From the NCBI GenBank assembly GCA_028534125.1, contig CM052817.1:81966001-82030000 (forward strand): 64,000 bases of DNA. The letters are read 5' to 3'. Each line of letters begins with the position of its first letter. Within the stretch, counting starts at the first letter, position 1. Origin of the DNA: Lama glama (lineage: Eukaryota). Below the pieces are notes generated by a model. The model ran no database searches. It had not been told where the DNA came from and saw only the letters and a list, made by a program, of their open reading frames with translations. Made by a program: the position numbers and the translations under genes. Shown piece after piece: positions 1 through 12,094 of the stretch.

Positions 1-179
1 AAACAAGACTTTGAACTCTGATATAATATTCCAGTTTCTTTGTGTCAACTATAGTGTTCTTATATTTCTTTTCTCCAAAGATAGGGTCTCACATGATAGA
101 TATTTACATATTGTTATACAGTAATGGTGTTAATATATTTATGTGTAAGATTGTTTTTAATGAGTTTGATACTTTTCAG

Positions 180-284
180 GGAAAATGTGTGAATCTTCAG
201 TCAATTACTGTGAATGTAACCCCTGCTTTAATGGTGGTTCCTGCCAAAGTGGTGTAGAGTCTTACTATTGCCATTGTCCATTTG
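180..284 (+). CDS. FAT4: FAT4 internal coding exon (one EGF-like domain); gene begins upstream of the window
   Basis: Acceptor ttttcAG at 178-179 and donor GTgagt at 285; 105 nt, phase 1/1. Translates (G)[34 protein letters not shown](G) with EGF cysteine spacing, in frame with the next exon. Confidence 0.95.
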
Positions 285-3104
285 GTGAGTATAACTTAGT
301 CATTGATGTAAAATATCAACCTGTTTTGGTGCACAGTTTAGCAATTCTGTTTTGTTGTGTCCAAGAGTGAATAAGAAAAATGTTAGTGGTTTTACACAGG
401 CAGTTTTAGCAAACTAAAATCTAAAAGTTTAATATTTTTAAGTTAATTATGGAAATTCCATTGAATATATTGCTTCGATCATTCCTAGAAAAATAGTCAA
501 CCCAAGATAATTGAATTTGATGTTATTAGCCTAGAACTTATCAAATGAAAATCCTTTCAGGGCTATTTGATGTCACTGTGTACTAAAACTCTATAAGAAT
601 AGTGCAACCATTTTTGTTCTGTTTTGCTTTTGGGTTTTTTTACATTTACTTTTTACAGTAATTCAACCACTTCTGTTAGAAGGATTTTGTAACTTGACAC
701 GCAGTTTTCATGACTTTTTTGTAGATAGTATCATGTAACTAATTAACATTCAGAATAATGTGTTCTTTTGAGGAAGAAAATTAAGAGGGTTTTTTTTTTG
801 TATACATACATATTTATTCACCATAATGAAATGAACTTAAAAGATTCCTTCCAGGTCTCACCCAAATGTCACCCGGTACTGAGACAGCCAAGAACTAGGA
901 GAACAGCTTTGCAGGAAGCCTTCCTTTTAACTTGGTTTGTTTCATAGGGCAGTGACTATTCCATTTAGTTAAAGGCTGCTTCACTCCACAATATAGTGTT
1001 CATCTTCAGAGTCCTGCAGTAGTTAGAGACCCTGTCTTTCTCCATTAGCAGGAGAGAAGGATATTTTCCTAGTCCTTCCTTGGACATATTTATTAGAGTG
1101 CTACAATGGACCTGAAAAGTGAATCTCAATATATAGTAGAGAATAGAACTTAGAAAGGAATCAGAGGTTTCTAGTAACCAGTAAATGTAATTTTAACTCA
1201 TTTTCTATAAAATGAATGATATAAAAGAATGATAAAGAGAAACAGAATATAAAAATCCCTAGTTGTGAGCTATGCATTTTAGCAGTGGTTCTGAGGCCCA
1301 AAGATAGAGGGCTTTGTCTAAAGCCAAACAATGAAAACAAAACAAATCTACCCCAAAATGATATAGTGACTAGAACACAATTTTATTTTCATTTCAGGAT
1401 GATATTCACAGTGCCTCTCTTTTTTTTTTTTTTTAAACTTCTTTGAGATTCTCACTAACAATGCCCCTGAAGCAGTAAAGATCATCAAGGTCAAAATAAC
1501 CACAATGTTAGATCTCCTAAAATTTCTTTCTTTCCATGATCTCTTATAATCCTAAAGGGTGCTGCTTACTACAGATAACCACAATCAGGTTTCATGGTTT
1601 AACTTGTGTTTTGGATGGAAAGATAAGGAGATTGGAGGTAAAAGTAGAAAAATTATTTTCAAATGACTAAATGAATATTTTTACATTTTTCAAGATTCCA
1701 TTGCATTCCAGTTGTGCATGTGAGGATTTGAGATAGCTGATAACAAATAGGAACACATTGTTGCTACAGTGTAACTGATACAACGGTCATTGCCTGTTGG
1801 CTGAAAGTTTTTTGGTGTCCAAGGGAACCTTCTCCTCACCATACCAGAAATCCTCAGGGGAAGGAGACTAGAACAATAACGTAAATTAAAATAGAGACAG
1901 ATCACATGTAGCAAGCAGTGCACATTTTCTCCCCATTCCTTACAGTGGCGAAGACAAAAAACATTGTTTAAACATAGACATCATTAGTTGAGATCAGAAG
2001 CCTTATAAAAGAAAACAGGACAAAAAACCTTGAAACAATGCAGATATGAGACCAGCGAGATAGAACTAAAAGGATAAAGTATTTTGCTTCACAAATTGAG
2101 TATAGGTGAAACATAACAAATAAAAATGGCAGATGGAATGCCTTAAACAAATAACTGGAGGTTATTTGTATAATATGTGTTGTATAAAAGATCATCTAAA
2201 TTGTAATTTTGAAACTGGGAAAACTTTTGCACTATTTTCTCATCAGTGAAAGATTTGCTGGTTGGACTTAAAAATTTTTTAAATTTTTTTTTTGGTTATG
2301 TTTTAGAAAAAACATGAAGTGCTTAAGATTTTATAAAGAGAACCTTTATAGTTATAACTTTATATACATGTATAACTTCATATACACAAAAATATTTCTT
2401 ATTAAAGTAATTTAAATAAATTCTCTTGACCTTTATGTAGATTTATTTTGTGGCATTCCTTTTGGAAGGAAATTTTGAAATCCTTATTAATTATTTTTTT
2501 CTAAGACAAAAATTTACCTTTCTTTAGAAATAATAACAAAACTCCTTAAGAAGATAATATATTCTATAAAAAGTTATCATGTTTAAAAATATAGTATTAA
2601 TTTAAATAAAATGTAGAACATCTTTCAGGTAGCTGTGTACTTTGTACATTTATTTATACTCAAATTTGAAGCACATTTTTGTAGATTTATTAAAATTTAA
2701 TCATAAGAGACCTGAAGGAGCACACAGTAAAAATGTTTCTTTAATAATCTATTTTATTTGTATGCTTTATTTTTCCTTTTTATTTAACTTTACTTTGTCT
2801 GTATATATAAATAATATATATAACAAAAAATAAACTTGAAAATTTATCATATATATGAATTATATATAAAATATAAACATTATATGATCAATATATTTAT
2901 GATATATAAACAAACATATGACATATATAATATATATGATATACATAATACATATAATTCCTATATTTTTAATATTTTCTTTAACTTTAGTAAATTATTA
3001 AAATAAATTATTTGATTTTCCTACTCATTTATAATGAATATTATTTCAGCCTTTACACATGCTGCTTTTAGGCTATTTTAATTTAAAGAACATTCGGATA
3101 TAAA

Positions 3105-3255
3105 ATGTGATGTAGTCAAAACAACCAGACAATGAGTAGATCTGGCCTCAAATTTTGGCTCTGCCTCCCATGGTTCTATGACCTTGGATAAGTTCTAAAT
3201 ATTCTGTAAAATGATGACATTGGTTTCTTCTAGCAGAACAATTCCCTGAATCTAA
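3105..3255 (+). mobile_element. MIR SINE fragment
   Basis: Degenerate MIR core: agatctggcctcaaattttggctctgcc...tgaccttggataagt...ctgtaaaatga. Confidence 0.6.
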
Positions 3256-4100
3256 ATTTAACGCATTCACATGAGATGTACAGCCAAAATTATGGAATGA
3301 AACCTTTGTAAGTTAATAAGAGTCATGATGTATTGGCATGGGTTAATTTTCCGATCATTTGCTACAGTCTACTAATATTTGTGGGAAAAGAATTTTGGCG
3401 TAGCATTGTAACATCAATAAAACTCATTTTTCAAGTCTGAAAAAGAACCAGCACAAACAAGAGGGAATGCTGGATTGTAGAAAAACAGAAAGCTATTTTC
3501 AAAGTAGGCTGCTGTAAATCATATCAAAGAGGGTCTAAAACAAGAAAGAGATACAAACTTAAAACGGTTATTTTCTTCCTAAAGGCAGTGATTCCTTTTC
3601 CCTAATTTTGCAACTCTTGAAAATACCACAAGTACAGGGGCTCATTTTCTTTTTAGGTCAAAACAAAATTTACCATTCTTAACTGAATTAAAATTGTTTT
3701 TAAGAATTATATATTATGAAAGAAATAATGTGGTTGAAAACCACAGCATATTAAACTTGAAAGAAGATTGACAAACTGATTTTGAAAATTTCCCAGGAAG
3801 GAAAGCTCTTCAGACCTACTCAATTCCACTAAGTCTAATTTTTTAAAAATGAAGCACAGTTAGATATGTTTTCTCGTTGGCCAAAGAAAAATAATTATAC
3901 CAGTTTATCATTTCTTATATGCCTTAAAGATCATTGTTCTTTTTTATTTCAATTAACTTTAGATGACAGTCTTTGGAGAGTAATGAAAAGTTGTTTAAAG
4001 CCTGATTCATTATTATAACTGAAAAATGTTTTAATTCAAGTCCGTTAATAAAATTTCACTTGAATGTGATGTGTTAACCTGTCAACTTTCCCATCTACAG

Positions 4101-4408
4101 GTGTCTTTGGAAAACACTGCGAGTTGAATAGTTACGGATTTGAGGAATTATCATTCATGGAATTTCCCAGCTTGGACCCCAATAACAACTATATTTATGT
4201 CAAATTTGCAACTATTAAAAGTCATGCTTTATTGCTTTACAACTATGACAACCAGACAGGGGACCGTGCCGAGTTTTTGGCTCTTGAAATTGCTGAGGAA
4301 AGACTAAGATTCTCTTATAATTTAGGCAGTGGTACCTATAAACTCACCACCATGAAGAAGGTGTCAGATGGTCATTTCCACACTGTGATTGCTCGGAGAG
4401 CAGGAATG
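4101..4408 (+). CDS. FAT4: FAT4 coding exon (end of EGF, start of laminin G domain 1)
   Basis: Acceptor ctacAG at 4099-4100 and donor GTaaga at 4409; 308 nt, phase 1/0. Translates (G)VFGKHCELNSYGFEELSFMEFPSLDPNNNYIYVKFATIKSHALLLY...VSDGHFHTVIARRAGM with LamG motifs. Confidence 0.96.
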
Positions 4409-4630
4409 GTAAGACATTTAATCCACATTAACAGTTGTTTTATTGTTATATATCCAGTCAATCAGGCTGGAAATTGGAAAAGTTAAAGCATGAATTGTGG
4501 TACAAATTGAGTTCAATTATGTGTATTCATTATCTGACCAATTTTGTGATGAACAGCGGCAGCAAACAGGTAACATTTGTCTTTTGCTCCTGACAACTAT
4601 GCTTATCTCAAAAAAACCTCATCTCAAAGA

Positions 4631-4684
4631 ATAAGTAAGTAAGTAAGTAAGTAAGTAAATAAATAAATAAGTAAATAAATAAAA
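4631..4684. repeat. Compound microsatellite (TAAG)n(TAAA)n
   Basis: Directly visible tandem units. Confidence 0.9.
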
Positions 4685-5764
4685 GGGAAAGAAGACAAGA
4701 AAATATCCCAGTGCTTAAAGATTCCACTTTACACATTTTCTCCTACATTCTTAAGGACATGCCAGGCTTGTACTTAAAATGGCTCCTTTGCTTTTCTAAA
4801 TATCCCTGCCCAAGTTGAAGAAACAATGTAAAAACAAATGGGAAAAACTTTTCTACAAATAAATTACTGATAAAAGATGATACTTAACACATATTTCAAT
4901 ATAGTGGGTAATAATCCTGATTACACCAGGACTTCAATATACTGTGACCTGTGAGGTCTATGGCATGAGACTGTGTTGGGATGAAGTATTGGTTTTTGAT
5001 CATCTAAGATAGTCTCAGAATTGAATTATCATTTAATTATATGACTCTCATGTCATAACAAGAAAGGTTCATGTTTATTTAGCACTTGTGTTCATTAAAT
5101 GAGTTTTTCTTAATGTTTGAAAACATTTGACATAGAGTAATGGAATGAAAGGACTGATTGATTCATTCATTCATTCATTTATCCCAACTATCTCTCCAGA
5201 GTTCCCTCCATCTTCAACAGTTATCAAAGATTTTTGATAAAGTAAATGGTAACAAAAAGTATTTTAAAATATTTTTAGATTTTTATATCAACCTGTTAAA
5301 ATCATGCTGCTTAAAATTTATATTTCACCCTGGAAAAGGAATAGAATTGGCCAAATAATTAAACCAAGTATTAAAAGAAAAATTTGTCAAAAGAACAAAA
5401 TAAATGCTTTGAAATTTTTTTTTTAAGGAAGAAGCCTGGGATCTAAAGGATTAGTTTTTACCTCTGGGCTCTATGGTAATCTAGAAAAAATATGAAAAAT
5501 GTGGTAATTATATAGTTCTGAAACTGATCAAATGAGGGAAGTATTTTTGCCACTAAATTTTGGGAATACTTTTTATTGTTGGACTACATATAAGCAACTT
5601 TCAGAAACGATATTAAAAATCTTTTTTCCGTATTTTTGTTGTGTTTTTCTGTGATCCATAATTAATTTTAAAAGCAAAAATGTTGTGTCCTCTATAATTA
5701 CCAATTTCATAAAGGAATAAGACAGAAGCTACCTTATAATATTAATTTTTTTCTGACAAATATG

Positions 5765-6264
5765 NNNNNNNNNNNNNNNNNNNNNNNNNNNNNNNNNNNN
5801 NNNNNNNNNNNNNNNNNNNNNNNNNNNNNNNNNNNNNNNNNNNNNNNNNNNNNNNNNNNNNNNNNNNNNNNNNNNNNNNNNNNNNNNNNNNNNNNNNNNN
5901 NNNNNNNNNNNNNNNNNNNNNNNNNNNNNNNNNNNNNNNNNNNNNNNNNNNNNNNNNNNNNNNNNNNNNNNNNNNNNNNNNNNNNNNNNNNNNNNNNNNN
6001 NNNNNNNNNNNNNNNNNNNNNNNNNNNNNNNNNNNNNNNNNNNNNNNNNNNNNNNNNNNNNNNNNNNNNNNNNNNNNNNNNNNNNNNNNNNNNNNNNNNN
6101 NNNNNNNNNNNNNNNNNNNNNNNNNNNNNNNNNNNNNNNNNNNNNNNNNNNNNNNNNNNNNNNNNNNNNNNNNNNNNNNNNNNNNNNNNNNNNNNNNNNN
6201 NNNNNNNNNNNNNNNNNNNNNNNNNNNNNNNNNNNNNNNNNNNNNNNNNNNNNNNNNNNNNNNN
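5765..6264. other. Assembly gap, 500 N
   Basis: Run of exactly 500 n; the round number suggests a placeholder size. Confidence 0.99.
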
Positions 6265-8588
6265 ACCCTTTTCATTGTTACTTCAGTCAGAGGAAAAAAT
6301 ATCTTACTATTTCAGAAATCACCTAAAACAAGGCCCCTACTGGATTTTGAATCTGTCATTTTCTAAAGTTCAAAGGATTTTGCTGGAAACTGGCAAAATC
6401 ATTAACTTCTCAACTCTGAACCATCACATAGACAGGATAAAAACATCTCAATTTACAGCAGTACTGGTAGAAAAATTCAACAGTAAAAGACAATGCATTT
6501 AACTCTGAAGATTAAATTGAATGAGCTATTATTCAAATAAAACTGTCCTTCAGGTATTTTTTCCTTTGTAGCACCAAGCTTTTAGAAAACAAGAAAAATA
6601 TATTAAGTATTAACATTAACCAAAATATGATACTGTTATGCGAGCTGATTTTTTTTCCTATTTAAGGCATTCAAAAATATCCTCTGTCTAGCTTGTGATA
6701 GCTTTAGGGATCTCTAGCGTGGAGGATACTTTACATAGTATACATAGAGATGTGCTAACATTTTGTTTTAGAAATAAACTGAAAGGAATTGTGCTTAAGT
6801 TGAATAGTCAACATAAGCATACATTGTATTATGAAAACCTAACACCTCTTTTGAGATTGAATGTGACTTAATTTAATAGATTGCTGGAAAAAATTATTAA
6901 CTATTGAAAGTTAACTAGCTAGGGCATGAAAGTCTTCACATAGAATTAGAAGTGTAAATGTTTCCTAAAAATGTTAGTATTTATTATAATTTCCTTGAGA
7001 AGGTGGCAAGAAAAAAATTACACAGCTTATGAGAGTTTATTGTATGGAGTTTGTAATCAGTTGGAATAATTAACTTACAGAAATATTTTAAAATATAGCC
7101 AGTAACATTTGAAATAACTATAAATTGACCCTATTTATTATTTCTGAAGTGTAAGGTATTTAAGATATACCTTTACAAGTATCCCACCTAAATATATTTT
7201 TTATGGATAATCCCTCAAATTCATATGCAATACTGATAAAAATGTGCTACTAAGGAAACAAATCATTTCCATACATAATTAAAGCAATTTGATTCAGGAA
7301 GACAGAAAACCTGACACTTTTGCATGTAAGTCAGAGGTAATGTTGGTTAAGTTGCTTAACCTCTCTATGCTATGTTTCCTACATTTGCTTTACTTTTATT
7401 AAAATTAACCTCAAATGACTACCATTCTTATAAATTAATACTTTCTAAGTATTTGTATTTCTGCTCCACAAATAGACAAAGTTGGAGTAGTCCTGTCCTG
7501 TGGTATTAAGTAAATTTAGGTAGAACCCTTTATTGTCTGCACTGGGAAAAACCCTCAGTCCTTTTGTGCCTCTGGATTTGCGGTCCTGCCTCTTCCTGTG
7601 ATTTACTGGCCAAGTTCTGAACTACTACACTCTGAGTATCAACTTTATAATTGCACTCATTAAAATACCCAAAGTTTTATCATTTACAGAGTTTCCCTGC
7701 AGTTTGAGAAACAAAGGAGGGGAATCAAAAGTAAGGTGGACATGCAACAACCTTGGTCTTAAGCCCTTCCCACTGGTCATTTACCCAATATCGAGAGCCC
7801 TGATTTCCACCATGTTATTGGGCCTTGTGACTATGACTTGATGACTTTGTTTATTGATCAAATGGAATGTTAATATGTTCTCCTAAACAGAAGGCTTTTG
7901 TTTCAGGGGAATATGCATCCCTTAGGAAGCAAAAACTGTTACTGCTAGTTTTGATTTAAATGGCTTTGAGTTTTTTACTGTATAGAAATATATAATAATG
8001 TGTTCCAAATATACATAACTATGCTATATTATGCTATTATGATTCTTATACATTAAAAGAGTAATTCATTTGTTTAAATTATCTCAAACTTTAATACAAG
8101 AATTACAATCTTCATAGGTTGCTGTAATATTTAAATTGTCCTTTCAAAATCTTTTTGTGAATAAGACTGAAAAATTATTGGAAATAGACTTCTGAAAATC
8201 AGAAATCTAGTATCTTTTCATTTGTTAAAACAGCTAGATAGTAAAATAAACATTTTTCTTAAGATTGGAACCCCAGGAAGCTGTCCCAGAGACGTCAATG
8301 GCATTTTTATTCTTTCATCTGTAAAACAAGGAGGCTAGAGAAGATTTTAAAAGCCTTCTCCCACTGCCTACATGTAATCATTTCATAATTTTAGCTTTAA
8401 ATATATCAAGGAAAGTATGTATCCCTAATTTGATACTGTATTATAACTGTACTATAATATACTACATTAAATGTTATTGCAATTTTAAAGTCATGTCCAC
8501 GTAGAAATAAATCCGAGGTCGTGTTGGCTAAAAAGGACAATTGTGACAGTGGAAACCAAGCTGAACATTTCTTTCTCTTGCTTTATAG

Positions 8589-8674
8589 GCAGCTTCTTTA
8601 ACTGTGGACTCTTGTTCTGAGAACCAAGAACCAGGGTACTGCACTGTTAGTAATGTGGCAGTTTCAGATGACTG
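8589..8674 (+). CDS. FAT4: FAT4 coding exon (LamG1); not in the ORF track
   Basis: Polypyrimidine tract plus tAG at 8587-8588 and donor GTaagt at 8675; 86 nt, phase 0/2. Translates AASLTVDSCSENQEPGYCTVSNVAVSDD(W), continuing RRAGM. Confidence 0.95.
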
Positions 8675-9555
8675 GTAAGTATAAGTATTATTTTAATCTT
8701 TGTTATTACTTGTCATTCAAAAGGAATTTATGCTTTTAAACATAATTTTATTATGCTAAGTATTATATAGTTTAAAATATTTTATCCTCTCCAAAGAGAT
8801 TTTCATACTGTAAAATAAAAAGTTAATAATTAGTTTACAAAATTTTGTAAAGGTGTTACAAAAAATTTGTAAAGAAGGTGTAAAATGAAGTGGTAAAGAT
8901 GAGGGAAAAGCTAGACAAAGATTAACATAGCCTCTACCCTTTGAAAAGCTTCATGAAATAGTTGCATGTGACCTGGGTCCTGCAAGAAGGTTAGGATAAG
9001 GATCTCACCTCTTTTAAATGTATTTTCTGAGAGTTGTTTGTGACAGTTACTGACAAATATTTGTCAGTAGAACCTGAAGTTGAAATACAACATTACCTCA
9101 TCTAAAACATGAGTGATTTTAATAGAAATAGTAACAGAGAAAAATAAATAGTGACACATTATTCATTGGCTTTAATCAACTTATTGGCATTCTTATCATC
9201 TCCGTAGTGAAGGAAAAATGTAATCTGATGTTAATATTAGAGTTGTCACTTCTACTGCATTTTATTTTCTTTCTGATAGTATGCGCCTTCTCGAAAACTC
9301 GACATTGTTATATACATCTCATGTGACTAACTGAAGATACCATTTCCATACGTTTTACAATTTTTCATACCCTGAAAAATGTAACAGTCCTGTAGGTATT
9401 TGTTTAGAGGATATGCGTTGATAGGTAATGTTTTCCATTCAATTTACCACGCTTTAATACATGCCAGAAAAGGTTGCAGTCACTCTTTAACTTAAACATT
9501 CTACTGAAATCCCTTTTATTGGTCCTAATATACTCATCTTTCCTTTCTCATGTAG

Positions 9556-9735
9556 GACTCTTGACGTTCAGCCAAATCGAGTCACAGTTGGAGGTATCAG
9601 GTCACTAGAACCAATCCTTCAAAGGAGAGGACATGTGGAAAGCCATGACTTTGTCGGGTGTATAATGGAGTTTGCTGTCAATGGGAGGCCACTGGAACCC
9701 AGCCAAGCTTTAGCAGCACAAGGCATCCTAGATCA
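9556..9735 (+). CDS. FAT4: FAT4 coding exon (end of LamG1); not in the ORF track
   Basis: Acceptor tgtAG at 9554-9555 and donor GTaagg at 9736; 180 nt, phase 2/2. Translates (W)TLDVQPNRVTVGGIRSLEPILQRRGHVESHDFVGCIMEFAVNGRPLEPSQALAAQGILD(Q), with the LamG 'FVGCI' motif. Confidence 0.95.
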
Positions 9736-9929
9736 GTAAGGCAATCTTATTTTTTTACTATTTTAAAGAAAAATAGAAAAACTGTATGATAATTGAGCAT
9801 CAAAAAGATGAAATTGTTGTGCCCAAAGCCTTAAAAATACCAAATGTTTATGCTGTTTTGAATTTGACTTATTTATTTTTGGCTGTGTAATTTGTGAAAA
9901 TATATGGATGCATGCATATATGAATGTAT

Positions 9930-10025
9930 AGGATTTGCCTTACAGGCTTGTGAAGAGTATGAGTTAAATAAGTAAATCCCATAGAAAGGAACCTGGCACA
10001 TAGTAATGTAAAAGTGTTAACAATA
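9930..10025 (+). mobile_element. MIR 3' fragment
   Basis: ccttacaggcttgtgaagagtatgagttaaataag...acctggcacatagtaa resembles the MIR 3' end. Confidence 0.55.
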
Positions 10026-10067
10026 ATATATACAAAAACTATTTGAAATTAATTCACTTTATACATA

Positions 10068-10228
10068 GAGGGGAAGGTATGGCTCAGTGGTAGAGCATGT
10101 GCCTTGCATGCACAAGGTCCTGGGTTCAATCCCCAGTACTTCCATTAAAATAAATAAATAAACAAACAAACAAACAAATAAATAAATAAATAAAATCCTA
10201 ATTACCTCCCCTCAAAAAGAAAAAAAAA
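10068..10228 (+). mobile_element. tRNA(Ala)-derived short SINE, camelid Vic-1 type
   Basis: G-rich head; Pol III A box TGGCTCAGTGG (10080-10090); B box GGGTTCAATCC (10122-10132); (TAAA/CAAA)n linker; CCTAATTACCTCCCC tail; A-tail. Diverged TSD: aattcactttatacata (10051-10067) versus aaatcattttatgtata (10226-10242). Confidence 0.85.
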
Positions 10229-10399
10229 TCATTTTATGTATAAATATACATATTCCCCAAAACTCAATATATTGTTAACAAGTAATAATTTGATTAATTG
10301 CAAATTGTAAGGCTTTTTTTTCCTATTTGAAAATCCCAGCAATGATTTAGGAATTGTGGAAATAATATAATTTATTTCAAAAATTATTCTTGTTCATAC

Positions 10400-10870
10400 T
10401 GAAAGTCTGAAAAATTCAAAAAAATATAAAGTAGCCTATAAATGAACTACCTGGAGACAAACACTCTTAGGTTAACATTCATACTCACAACTGCCTATTA
10501 TCCCATAATATGGATGTGCCGTGTTTTAACTGAATATACACTTCAGTTGTTTCCAAATTTATTAACATATCAGTAACCCTGCAATTAGTATATTTTCATA
10601 AAAATCTTGGCTCATGTTATTTTCATACTTGAGATTTCTGGGGATACGATTACGAAGCTATGAATGTTTCTTGATATTTGTAAATTAATTATTTTAATAC
10701 AATTTGACATTTGCCTTTACTTTTCTATATGCTGTTATTATGTTACTGAAAATCAGTACTTAAAGACTGAATTTTTCCACTTTAAAATAAGTTGGTCAAA
10801 AAATAAAGATCTAATTCATATGTACTGTCAAATTACTTTCTAGAAAGTTTATAGTAGTGATGTATGTGCA
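10400..10870 (-). mobile_element. Old L1 (L1M-type) fragments
   Basis: Degenerate antisense L1 3' motifs (tatggatgtgcc...ttgtttccaaattt...caaattactttctagaaagtt). Confidence 0.45.
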
Positions 10871-11149
10871 TAGTTCACTGCTTCTACATCTGCCATCTTA
10901 AAAAGAATATTCTTAAATTAATTTTCACTGAAGTTATACTTCATGTGAAGCATGTATTTTATAGAATACATCTCATCTGTTACTAGAGAAAAGTATGGTT
11001 CCTTTAATCCAGAAAAAATCCAGTTCTCAGCATTATTTTTTCCTTTCTGCAACTCAGCAAGTATTCAATGCTTTTATTTAGAGTGAGTGCTCAGCAGAAG
11101 TCCAGCATGGGCAGCAAACATGGAGGTCCTGCGGTCAGGTCCCAGGCAG

Positions 11150-11615
11150 TCCTGACGGTTCTTTTCTCGCCCTTGACTTCCTCACCATTATCTACCTGCT
11201 CTTGTCCCTGTCCACAATGCTCTGACTATACTGGGCCACTTGGTGTTCCTCAAACATGCCAAGTAAACCTGCACTTTGAGACTTTCTCCCTTGGCTCTTT
11301 CCTCTGTTGGGAATGATTGTCTATCAGATATACTTTGCTCTTTCACTTTTAAGACTCCAGAAAAACAGACCCTTCCTTCACTGCTTAACCTAGAGATCCA
11401 TCAACCCCCCCAAACTCCTAATGCCCCTTTTCTGCCTTAATTATCCCACAGAACTTCCTTCTTCCTAACTTGCTACACATTTATCTAATTTCGGAGTTTC
11501 CTTCTGTCTCTTCCACAAGGAAAAATAAATATCCCATGGAATTTTTTTTCATCACTTTACCTCCATGCTTAGAACAGTACTTGGCATGTCGTAGACATTC
11601 AAAACTCATTAACTG
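11150..11615 (+). mobile_element. L2 LINE 3' fragment
   Basis: tgttcctcaaacatgccaag...cttagaacagtacttggcatgtcgtagacattcaaaa matches the L2 3' end. Confidence 0.7.
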
Positions 11616-11969
11616 CATTAGCTGTCTGGTGGAGATGTGTACATGTGGCCCCGAGATCACGTGAACCAAAGTGTTTATTTGACCAAGAAGTTTTATTCAA
11701 CTAAAAATTAATTTCAAGAAGAAATGATCACCGCTTTTTTATTGTGTAAGATGTTATTTTGTTTAACCTTCTCCTTTATGAATAAGGCAAGGCACCTGTT
11801 ACAGGATAACTTCTACTTTGATTAGATGTTCCAAATATAGTTGTAACTTGAGTTTCAAAGAATTGAGTGCATGAAACTGAACTGGTTAATAAAAGTTTGT
11901 ATCAAATTTTAACAAATTTCCCCCACCTGGTTTTGTGCTTTATGCGTCTTCATTCCGATTTGATTTCAG

Positions 11970-12094
11970 ATGCCCTCGACTCGAAGGCGCTTGCTCTCGC
12001 AGTCCCTGCCAACACGGTGGCACGTGTACAGATTACTGGTCATGGCAGCAGTGTCACTGCAGAGAAGGACTGACTGGGAAATACTGTGAAAAAT
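11970..12094 (+). CDS. FAT4: FAT4 coding exon (EGF-like domain between the two LamG domains)
   Basis: Acceptor tttcAG at 11968-11969 and donor GTacgc at 12095; 125 nt, phase 2/1. Translates (Q)CPRLEGACSRSPCQHGGTCTDYWSWQQCHCREGLTGKYCEK(S). Confidence 0.94.

Noticed and set aside
5742..6502. Long ORFs spanning the N-run, and the possibility of an exon hidden in the gap
   Set aside because: The ORFs are artefacts of N translation. The flanking exons join in phase into a continuous LamG sequence (RRAGM|AASLTVD), so no constitutive exon is missing.
10068..10145. Possible tRNA-Ala gene
   Set aside because: The stems are mismatched and it is followed by a SINE tail, A-run and TSD, so it is a SINE head.
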